The position numbers were made by a program, and so were the translations under genes. 64,000 nt of DNA, taken from contig MCFE01000479.1 in the NCBI GenBank assembly GCA_002104905.1, positions 4,396 to 68,395 on the forward strand. Reading direction: 5' to 3'. A model generated the notes under the pieces. That model made no database searches and had not been told where the DNA came from. It saw only the letters and a program-made list of their open reading frames with translations. Each line of letters starts with the position of its first letter. Position 1 is the first letter of the stretch. The DNA comes from Basidiobolus meristosporus CBS 931.73 (lineage: Eukaryota > Fungi > Basidiobolomycota). This document shows, one piece after another, positions 49,718-61,073 of the stretch.

Positions 49718-52700
49718 CTAATTGTGCATGAGAGAGGGGTGCTGCTCACGAAGACTTGTTGCAAGCTTCAAGAAGTGTTGACTCAAGTCCACTTCGTTTA
49801 TGGCATTATGGAAGCCGCAGGGGACCTGGGCATTGTCCTGCATATCCAAAACATTCTTCAGCTTGTTGGATCGAATGGATGCATTGTACTGCGCTTGGGC
49901 GATGTTGGCCATCTCCTTCAGAGACGAGCTGTAGGTGGTAACGGGTGAAAATAAAATGGAATAGAATCCTGTTGGGTATCTGGAGCATGTTTAGCCACAG
50001 GAACTGTGGAAGCATTGGAGTCATTGTAAATTACCCTAGCGATGCGAGCTTCTCAAAGAGATCGGAATAGTATTCCCTTCTAATCTGACATTCTCCATCA
50101 GAGAGGAAGATTATGGTAGGCAACCTAGTATAAGGTTTGTAAGTTCCACAAATGCACTTGAGGTATGTTTTTTGATCTAGCGCCTTACATCCTGGGATCC
50201 CAGTGGGTTTGGATCAATTCGCTTGCTGTTTTCATTGCGCTATCGTAGTTGGTTCCCGCAGGCCTTAATCTTTCACTTAGAAGGCGTTCAATCACTTCTT
50301 GCGCATTCAATGTTGTGTCATGATTGAGCTGGATCTGAGATACACTGCTAAATAGCACGATTGATATGGCATCCCGGCCATCTGTTCCCTCGGACCACGT
50401 GGCTTGCCGAGATTGAAGAAATCGAAAGGTGGCGTCAAGTACGGCACCAAACCTATTGTTGAACGCTCCTACCAGGCGATTATACAATGGGGATCCGAAT
50501 AAGGGCCCAAAATCACCGACAAACATCGAGCTGGACATATCCAAGCACAGCACAATATGATACCTGGCTTTTTCGGATACAGGGTTGGCGCAGTCGAAAT
50601 GATGGCCATCAACTACAAGTGGCAGAGAAAATTGAGCACGATGGCTGAGATGGGGAAAAGCCAAATGTACCTGAAACATATCCTCTTCCCAAGGGACCAA
50701 GGTTTGCTGGATCCATAGGAGAATGGAACATACGAAGTGTGCAGTACGATCTACTAGAGTCCTGAGCTTTATGCTTTTCATCGGGACAATAGGCATCACA
50801 GCGTGCGAATAATTCTTGTTTTTCTTTGCCATACGGGTCTGTAGGAAGAGAAAGAATTGTGTTATTGAGTGTCGGCATAGCCTCAACAAGATTCAATACC
50901 TTTGAACCCAGTTCGATCCCAGAAAAGTTTGTGCGTTATAAAATCTTTTGGGCGTTCAGGGTGTGGCTTAAGTTGCCCAAGAATATGCTTGCGTTCTTTG
51001 TCTATACTCTTCACAGCGTGTGTGGCGCCGATTTCGCAATACTCTATATGGGCGTGTGGCCCAAATTCCTGGCAATACTTTACAATGATTGAGCTTAGAT
51101 GGCACGCAGGTAGATGCAGTTTTTACTTACCATATTACACAGAAAGCATGAGCCACTGTCGCCAACGTTGAATGTATGAGATCGTAGTTCGAATTCGTCA
51201 TCTACCGCTGAGAATCTCGTGTTCACCATGTTCCCATGTCTAGTCTCATGTAGCTTTTGCGGATGACCAACTGGAAGTGTGCAAAAGTATTCGCAGTTGG
51301 GACACTGAAAACAGTTATAAGTTGCAGGGCTCTCCCTCGAGGGGTACTTCTGGGTAAGCTTACCTTCTTTTGGCAGTAGTGGAAGGGATTGCTATCGGCG
51401 GAATGTTGATGGCTTCCTGGATGTGTGTACTTGCCACTGGGGATTTTTATACAACACCGCAACTTGTGAGCAATTTGAGTGTACTATAATAGATCAAACG
51501 TCAGTTTAGGAGCGTGGAAGCATGAAGCCTATTGACATACCTTTGTGTACATAAAACTGCCATGCTTGTTGGAGTACATCTCCTCAGCGATCTGAGGCTC
51601 GAGTTTGATCTCACAAATCCCTTCTGCCTCGCACAGTTTGGAACATGAATGCTCGTTGCTGGTAGTTCAAATATGAGTCACTACGAATCGATAAACTCTA
51701 CTTCCTGACTTACCCGCAAAAATGATGCGCATCATCCGTTAATGCGTGGAAATGATCTCGACTCTTACAAGTAAGATTGCACCCTAACGGGCAAGAAATG
51801 GGGCACGCTGACTGATTCTCGCATTTATGAATATCATGCGGTGTTTCAGAGGGAATGACGCAGAGATTGTTGCAGTTGAACACGGACGAATCGTGTTGTA
51901 CTATGCCTTGCAGCGAACAAGGCTGTCCAGAAACGTTAGCAAGAAGTTGAGTACAGAGTAAGGAAGTGACTTACCTCCCCGCAGAAATGAACGCTTGACT
52001 GACACAAATGCTCGTTACCATCGTGGTTTGCAGGCCTTGCACAGGTTTTTAAGCAATTTCTCTTGCTGTGTAGAGCGCAGGGTGCACCACATAAATGGAT
52101 TGAAGTATCACATACGTGAGCTTCATCATGCCCCGCACGAAGTCCACAGAGTACCTCACTGACAAGTAGCTCTGACTCGTGCTGATCTGAAAATGAACAA
52201 CCGTGGTGACATTCATGATCAGTACAACAGTCATGGTCCTCGTCGTGAAATTTGTTCAGAAGGCAGCGCAAGCTGCATTGGGAACATGTCAAACCACAAA
52301 TCTCCCATCTTCTTTCGAACTTGGATATGCTTTCACTGAAATTATGCTGCAGTGCAGATATATCGCTGTTATCCGGAGGAAACCTATCGATATTCTGGTT
52401 GATCCAGGTGCTGATACGTTCGCGTCGCCTTGTCACCAGCCGTTGTATCAAAGTGGCGAATACCTCGAACCACTCCATATCTGATTTTGGCCATTTCTGT
52501 CGATCAAAGATGTTGTCGTTGACCCAATCACGAATGGGTTGACTCATCCCTTTGAATGGCTCTTCTGAGCTCAATACTAAACCCGAGTCGCAAGGCAATT
52601 CCACTTGAAGCACGCTGCCGTCCTTGCTTAAGCTGTGCTCAAAGATTTCGACCTCTTCGCCCAAGATAGTACCATCATCATAGTTCTGTAGATGCTGTTA

Positions 52701-55700
52701 GCCTGGAGGCAAGCAAACTATGGAGGTCAAGTTGACCACAAACCTTCAATGGTTCACTGAATGGGCTCAGCTCTTCTGTTCCAGTGGCAATCGCATGGTC
52801 TAAAAATGCAGCAAGGCTCTTGGTTCGGATTTGGATAATATTGTTGTCCAAAGATGACCAGTCACAAATTTTCATCTTGCACATGAGAACCTAGGGTATT
52901 TCATGATAAACTATAAGCACCGAGAGTATCAATGATTATGCTACATAGCCTCACCTTGATATTTTGCAGAAATTGCCGTGCGTTGTTGTGAGTAATTTTT
53001 TGCTGACTTAACATCTGACCGATACTGTTGAATGTGGTGTAAAACTGGGGATCGTTGAATATGGGCCATGGCAATATGCTGAGCCGGGATCCATGCAGCT
53101 TTGTGATGAAATTATCTTCTCCTTCTTTCGAGACGATCTGAGAAAACTTGGACTGGAACTCGCGTACAATTTCTGAACGGTCGCTAGCAGGAACATCTCT
53201 GATTACAATGACCATGTGGGAGTGAAATAGCGACGGGTTTTGGGCAGGATCGAATATGGTGGCTCCCGATTGGAACCTTTGGAAAAGATCATGAATATCC
53301 CTGCCAATAGCAAAATCATTCTTGAATAGAATCATGTTCGAGATGGCTGCATTGAACAGGTTCATCAACACATCTTCTTGGGGTGTTCTTTCGATTGATT
53401 TCAGTCCCTCGAAATCCAAAAGAACGCAGAGGTATGGCCCATTTTGATCCTTGGTTGGGGTGAGAGATAGCCAAATGCCCTCAGTACATCTGGTGGCTGC
53501 ACCAGCAAATGAAGAGTCCGCTAAATGGTTAAGTAGAAAGCTTTTCCCAAGTGACTGGCTTCCCATGGAACTTACAACCTTGACCGGATAGTCGCAGTAA
53601 TACGAGAAAATCGATTCGTACCAGCCTAATGTACAGTTGGCTGTTAGCGTAGGAATGTCGCCACCTACCAACTGGTCATCGAAACTGTGGCAAGAAACCC
53701 CGTCTTTCAGAGGGACGAACTGATTATCCTTCGCAATTGCTATTTGGATAGGTAGAAGACAGCCAAGTTGAATTAGCCACTTGCCACAGTAGTATTGGTT
53801 AAACCAACTTTCAGGCAGATTTTTGAGGTCAACAGTTTTCATGTTGACGATCTCTACGCTGAATTCATTTTTCAGCTTATTCATTGGTTTTCTGGTATCG
53901 CTGTCCAGGCTTTGTATCTGTCTGTTCATGTAGTTTTTGAAGAATTCCTCATAGTCGTATTGTCCTCGATTGTTCGGTCTGTGTTGAGTGTTTGTGCCGA
54001 TTCTCAGGACCTGATTAATTTTCTGCGCTACAAGTCCACTCTCCTGCTCGATAAAGCTGTTCACTGGGTAGCGTTCCCACATAGCCTTGTAGCAGTCAAG
54101 AAGATCATTGACCTTCGATGGGGCTTCATAGTGGTATATGTTGAACGTTTGGAGTTTCTCGAGCGATATCCACGTGTGCTCACTTACAAACGAAGCTCGT
54201 AAAAGAGTATCTGAGAAGATTTCCTCAATTTTCAGTCGATTCCCAACGAATATTATATAGCCATTCGGTTGCATATTGCTGGTGAACATCGTATCTTCGC
54301 CATGTACTGAAATGCCGTTTTCCAAGCCTTCGTCAAAGGCGAGAGATATCTTCCCGCTAAACGTCCTGGTCGCAAGTTTCTCCCTGAACTGCCATTTGTT
54401 TCTTTCGAGAGTGATACCCACATACGCCGAAGTGAAAATGGATTGTTCCACATTGAAGCCAATAATATGGATCTGATGCCCTCCCACCATCGATGCTGAT
54501 ATCGACTCCAGCGAATTGAAGTTGGGAGGCAGCTGGATTTTGCGTACTTTCTCGCTTTGGCCAAAATCACCCCAAAACCACACGTAGACCATTAATTTGC
54601 CTATTTCTTTCGAGTCGCAGCTTTGATCCTCATGGGTAGCAGATTCATCATTGGCATCAGTTAGCATAGTCAAGTCCTCCTTCGTACAACCCCTCCTGGT
54701 TGGCTCGAATTCTTCCAAAAATGCCAGCAGGCAAGATCCATCTGAAGTCGATACGACACGAACAGCGTTGCTGGGAATCATCATGGAATTCGGTAGGATT
54801 TGATGTTGAATCATGCTGTAAATGCGCGCCTTTCCACTGCGCTCGATAAAGCATAGCTCTTCGCTTCCAGTGGGAAATAGCAAATGAGTAATGTCTGGGA
54901 TTTGATAATCATACCAGGCCTTGATCTGAATGTCGTTGTATCGGCTGCTAAGGGTTCCGGATGCCTCATCGAATATGTAAATATTTGCCTAATGGTGAAG
55001 TTAGGGTTTCCGCCGAGTTTTCCCCAAAGTAGTGCATTTAGAAATTCGCATACGTACCTTCGCATTGGATTTATCGTAGATTGCAACCAGCTGGCTGGCC
55101 TCGTTAATGGCTATCATCACATGATCCGGGTGTATGTGAAATTTCTTGAGCAGCCTATCTTCTTTGATATTACTTCCTATGGTTGAAGCTGCGGCATAGT
55201 ACACCTTCAGAGTGGATTCTGTATACGACGCGATGAATGCGAGGTATTTCCCGTTATTTGTCTGGTAGATGCATCTATAGGGATATGCCTGGTTAGCGGA
55301 GCAGATGGCAGGGCTCGCCGATTTCGAGTTCACTCACTTGAGACATTCCTCTTTGTAGGGCAGCTCAATGTAACTTAGCGTTTTCTTAGACGAGTTGCCC
55401 TCGAACTGAGGAATCAGGACCTTCTCATTGCCTTGCTCTAATTCTCGAATATCTGATGCCTGGACATAGGTTAGATGAAGGTAGTAGCGAAGAATGTCCG
55501 GCTGCTTAGTTTCTACAGAGTAAGCAATGCTCTGGCGGTGTTGGTATATATCAAATCGCTTAAGTTTAAATTCGCGATCGTTGCTGGAAAAATGCTCTAT
55601 CAACCGGCCAATGGAGTCGTCCACATACTCATGCTCTAGTTGGGTAAGAGCAGATAGCGATTCAGCCTCTAATTTTCGGATCTGGCGTTGCATCATCGTT

Positions 55701-58439
55701 TTCAGATCCTCTACGACCTCATCAACTATTTCCTGGCAATATTCGGTCAATATATCGTTGAACAGCTTCATAAACGCCTCCATCACGTTGGATTCCACAG
55801 CATCCTCATCGACATTCATGGCCCAAGCGTTCAAGAGCAGAGCAATAAAGTCGGCATCGGGCATGTTGCGTGCTTTGCCCTTATTAGTGGGTTGTTTTTT
55901 GCCATGCTTGAAAATGTGGATCAAGCCTTGCGATAGTTGTGAGACCCAGTCTGTGATCCCTTTGGAGGAGGAATCCTTCTTTATAATGTTTAGAATTATA
56001 TTGCTGAACGGTTCAGTATCCTGTTCTTTGTAGACGTCGTATGCCAAGATATATTCCTTCTTTTGCTTTCTCCACTTTGGATGCCTGATATTTCGGAGTT
56101 TTTTCTCAATGCTGGCGACAATAGAGGTATCTTGCCCCAGCAGAACTATATTTTTAGGCATCGGGTTAGTGTTGTGGTGTGGCTCTAGTATAGATCGATT
56201 AGGGAAGTTACATTGGGATGATTCGTGGAATGAGGCCTCCTGGAGGTCAAGCGGTTCGGGGCTGTTAATTGGACTGTCAGTGGTGAGTTCACAGGCAGCT
56301 TCCGTGTTTGGCGCATATTCCTCGTCATTAGTCTTTTGATCGCTCATATTGATATCAGGAAAATCAATATTTTCGGCCGAATCATCTGCGCTTGAGTTGG
56401 CTTCCACGATATCTCTGTCATCATTGATGGCAATAGGGAAATCCTCTAGAGGGTTGAAGTATTGATACCATGCACTTGGAGAGGATTTACATGTCAGTAG
56501 AGTGATGAATGGCTAAATCCTAGCTGCACTTACGGATATATACTACGTAAGAGATGGTTGGTTACCACTTCCGCATGACCCCTTGTAGAGTTCAGCAATT
56601 CTCTGCACTTATGGTTGGTTTCCTCTCTCTGGGCATTTCCATCCTGTTCTACTTGAGTGATTTTCGCTTTATGCTTCTCAGTTAGGTCGCTTATGGGGTT
56701 TTCAGGTAATCCGGTGCAACATTCGACAAATGACTTGCGTTCTTGGTAGCTTAGAGACGAATCTATTGCCAAGCGATATCTCTCTCCGACCAGTTTCTGA
56801 TATAGGAATCCTGGAACCTTTTCCTTGTTAAAGAGAGTTGTATTATGATTGTTCTCGACAATCTTTGATGCAATGAATTCACAAGTGATAAAACCCTGCT
56901 TTGTCTCCGAATCCACCACTCGTGGCGACAAATGCTGCTGAATGCCATCCGGGATTAATGTTGACGGATCAACCGGTGTTGAATAATTCTTTACTGGGAT
57001 CTAAGGTAAATTGCTCAATGCTTGCGCTCAAAGGCAAGAAAGTATAAGTCATAGTCACCATAAATCCAGTAGATACTTGAAAATCCTCTTTCTGTTCTTG
57101 AGTTTTCTTCACTTCGAAGGTGAAGCATGTATCGAAGGTTTGGTGTTCTTGCCCAGATTCGAAATCGAAGTTATCTAGATCATCCTCAGATAATAGGCAG
57201 AGCTGTTGTTCGGTAAGTTTACACAAGTATCTAAGCAACAGTAATGTCAGTGATGATTATTAGACCCTAGATTGATCATCCAGTACCTATGAAACACAAT
57301 ACAGTTTTTCTTGGTGTGGCTCGTAGCCTTGTCGCTGTAACATTGTGGCTCAGGCCAATGTATAACAAATCCTCGTAAATCGCTTGAAGAGTTGTCAAGT
57401 AAGAGGTATAATCCTGAGCGAAGCCCCTTATCTTGGTTGTTGTTGGTATTGAAACCGTCATATTCATAAGTGAGGTCACCATCAGGTAACAGTAATGACG
57501 ATTCCGCTTCCGTGACTGCACCCAGATTCGTGATAAACTTCCTGAGTGTTGGCCGATTCCCGTAAACTCCAAGCAACTGTATTGTCCTGCGATCAAGCGA
57601 ACGGTAATTGACATGAGTAAGCTCAGCATAACTACCTGCTACGATCCTGTTGCACAGGTTCTCAAGGCAATCTTGAGCCATTATAACTTTGTCCACTGTT
57701 TCAGTTTAAGTGATTCAATACTGTGTAAGAGAAATACCCATTTTTTGAGATAACCTACCAAGCCCGCCACTGCCAACATCCTTATACAGGTCAAGAAGTC
57801 GATACATTCCTGAGATTTTCGATACAGCGTCCCAAGGGTGTAGTTCATTGTTGAACAGGTTATCTTCTGCCACGTCCCCACCTTCACTAGCGTAGTCATT
57901 AAATGTGTCAAATATTGAAAACAACTCTTCGCCGGCTGAAGTCTGCCCTGCTTCAGTTTCCTTTCCTGGTCGGCTTTCCATATCTAACCTGTCATCCACA
58001 TCATGTCGTCTGCCGACGACTACTTCTGCATCTTGAGGACTAGCTTGGTTGACTGAGTTCGAAGCTGATAAATATTTAGTGTTTTCATCAGATTCGATTA
58101 GGTCAGAGTCTTGCATATTCTGTTGGTGTTGATAACTGACATCAGCGAGGTAAATGTCACTATCTGAATGGTTGCCAGCCGCTATCGCCGAGGAAGCAAA
58201 TTGGCCTGCATCGTTATGCACTGGTTCAGGTGGCTCGTGATTGAAGCTACCCTCATCATTTTCGAGCCAAACTATATATTTTTGATGAGTATTCATCTGC
58301 AAGGTTCATATTACTCCAGAAAGGATTTACCATACTGATTAGCAGACTCTTCAATATCATTCACGACTTCACAGTCAAGGAAACTACTAGAATCCGAGAT
58401 ACTTTCGATATCTCCATTTTCTGACGGTAAATAAGACAT
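49718..58439 (-). CDS. Giant VLIG/GBP-type (dynamin-superfamily) GTPase with Cys/His-rich array and C-terminal VWA domain (~2,400-2,600 aa, roughly 18 introns)
   Basis: Minus-strand ORFs are joined by in-phase GT-AG introns where checked (58272-58330, ~56475-56533, ~55290-55340, ~55000-55055, ~49985-50035). G1 GSQSLGKS (53540-53563), G2 RCTEG, G3 DFEG (53405-53416), G4 RD (53195-53200); VWA DMSSS (50527-50541), GTNY, LSDG; stop at 49718. Not every junction verified. Confidence 0.85.
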
Positions 58440-60199
58440 ACAAACTTGAAGAGAGGAGCCTATGTTAAGAAACATTGCCGAACGATTGTGGACCTTTATA
58501 GAAAACATCTTCTGAAGCTTATTGGAACGATTGCGGCCAAATCAATTCATTGGTACATCATAGCAATGCCCTTTGCCTTCTCTTACACTACGTGTGCTGA
58601 TCTTAGCTTTAGAGATCATTGATCTGTTTCTCCTAAATCCGGACTGTTTCTTGCTATCAGCACCAAGTGTAAAACTACATCGGATGTGATTTGAGCGGCA
58701 TAGAGTAGAGATGGTTCACTAATTGAGACAGATGCCACGTAACATCGCAGCGATTATGGATGTGCTCAATCCCTTGTTGTTTGATGTGGCGCAATCCATA
58801 TCTCTTGGCAGATTCTACTCCGCAATGAAAATGGGTATAGCTAGAGGATTGAATTTACAGAATGGTGAGCTAAAGCTCAATGGTGCAGTCTGGTATTACT
58901 GCGTGGGATTATAACCCATGATGACGGTTCAGGGACAAGTCAGCTTTTAGGGTTAGGCTAAGCCTGTGAAATGTGTTTGAAGCGGCTATCTATTTCGAGT
59001 CAAGTCGATCATTTTATGTAGGTTAGGGCACCAACAACATGTTTCTTATTGAAGGAAACTCCCTCTAACGCTGTAAATGTGCTGGGCGCCAACACTAGAG
59101 GCCCATCTGATTCCACAGCCACTATGACTCGGATTACCTGGGGAAAGAACTGGCTATTGTCTCTCTAGTACGGATACCACTTGATGTTGAAAATGCTATT
59201 ACTCATACACTCATGCATAAACGGTCATATCCTACTACAAGACCTCCAATCGCATGAACAATTATCATATTTACATTTTGATCATGCTAGTGGTGTGGAC
59301 AATTGTTGAGCTTCCTGTCATATATTATGTAGCTGGACTAGGCATTGGGTGAAGCTTGGTTGGCAGATTTGGATTTCCTGCATTGATGTTTCAGGTGAAA
59401 ATAGCATAAATCATGATTAAAGTTATGTTGGAGGTTTGAGGCTCAACATTAAACCATTTCCCTTATCATGAATGTATGCCACGCACATTGATCTGTCAGT
59501 GTTGATATGATTGATTGAAGTTGCTGAGAGCAAAAATTATCATTCGACTCTCATAATTGTCATGATCAGTGTCCATCTGGATGCAAACAACATTCAGGTA
59601 ATATCTGTGCTAATGAATCTTCAGATTACCGCTACAATATGTAGTTGTTCTTATTGGAACAGGCCAAGTATGAGAAATGACAAACCACCATCTGCTATTA
59701 TTATCGAATTACCTGCCCTACTGATTATGGCACATGTCACGCTTTGAAGCTAATGGGACACCCAGTTGACCTGATACTCCAATTTATGGAGGATTATTGT
59801 GAGGCAAGCTTTTCCAAAATAAAAGAAGAGGATAGGTGCGCTTCTTGATTTAATCCTCCAAAACATTGCCGCGTGACTAAAGGATTGCAACAATCCTGGT
59901 TAATCCTACAATGAAAATTCGTTAGTATAATCAGTCATATTGACCATTGGAAAGAAGATTTGATAAGGAATGTGATAATTACAGACAACATTATTGATGG
60001 CTGACAAATTTGATGGCTGACAAATTAATTATATCCAGGCTCTCCAATTGATGCGATTGTTACCGCCAAATATTGTTGGTATATGTCCATATAATGCACG
60101 GTTGATACAACCAGGTGACAAAATTGGACAAGAGGAAGAATAATATTTGGAAGTCACTTCTGTACAATCAGAGGAAAGGATATTTAGCCATACTTAGGG

Positions 60200-60630
60200 T
60201 AGGGTTAGTGGGGGTGGAGAGAGTCACCAACAGGTGAAATCTTTATTTCAGTTGAAACAAAGAAGTCAACGCCACTGTTATAGCTTTAATACTAGAGTGT
60301 GTAGCTGAGAGGAATTGGTAGGTAAGTTAATAAGGAGAGATGATAATTCTTCAGAGCTCAAGACACTGTTTGGTGGGATGGGGGGGTAGCAAGAGGGGTA
60401 AGAATGATTTGTGGGTAACATTAATAAGGGGAATATGATATGAATTGATACTCATCATAAAGCAAGTGTGCTGTCTCCAAAATTGCTGTCAAAGGCCTAT
60501 CAAGTATTTCTGGTAGGCAAACTTGGGCTTTTCTGACTGCAGAATATATTTGGTGTTGTGCATTAGGGTAGGGGGGATGAAAGTCACCAAGTGGTGAAAT
60601 CTTTATTTACCTATGACAAGTATCTAAAGA
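60200..60630. repeat. Degenerate direct repeat (~60-70 bp) spaced 360 bp, in CpG-poor TE-like DNA
   Basis: AGTCACCAACAGGTGAAATCTTTATTT at 60222 and AGTCACCAAGTGGTGAAATCTTTATTT at 60582, each preceded by TAGGGTAGGG and followed by AAAGAAG(T/C)CAA. Confidence 0.6.
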
Positions 60631-60729
60631 AGCCAAGCTAATCTGAAGTTATTCCTAGAAAGCTAGGTCTGAGAGATATCTTCCTGGTAAGCCAGGTGTG
60701 AGAGTTGAGAAGCTGAGTGGTACTATATT

Positions 60730-61061
60730 TGTTGTAAAAATTCGTATTTCCATCTAAATATTCACCTAACTTAGTCACTTAGATCAATACCTTCAAATCC
60801 TAGAGAATACTGACCAAATTCCTTGTCAGGATTTACTTAGAATATTTACCCAGAACATGAAAATTCTCAAAGCTGTCCAAACAGCCCCAAACTTTGCACA
60901 CATGTTCTTGGGACCTTCCTTAACCTATTCTACGTGTTTGTAATGCCAAGACCAGGTAAAAGTATAAATACTACTTTTACATTCAATAAATCATTAAGTG
61001 AAAACCACATAATCTGCTTATTCTCCCAATCACTTCCAATATCTCCAAGACTCTTACAACA
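60730..61061 (+). repeat. 5' LTR of copia element 2 (332 bp)
   Basis: TG...CA; lacks a 17-bp segment (TCACCAAAATACCAGGT) present in the 349-bp LTRs; TATAAATA at 60963, AATAAA at 60985. Confidence 0.93.
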
Positions 61062-61073
61062 GGTTATGAGCCC
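61062..61073 (+). promoter_or_regulatory. Primer-binding site GGTTATGAGCCC of copia element 2
   Basis: Immediately follows the LTR; identical to the element 1 PBS. Confidence 0.88.

Noticed and set aside
58940-60215. Short TTAGGG-like words (also near 10555 and 60563) as interstitial telomere
   Set aside because: Never more than about two imperfect units; no array.
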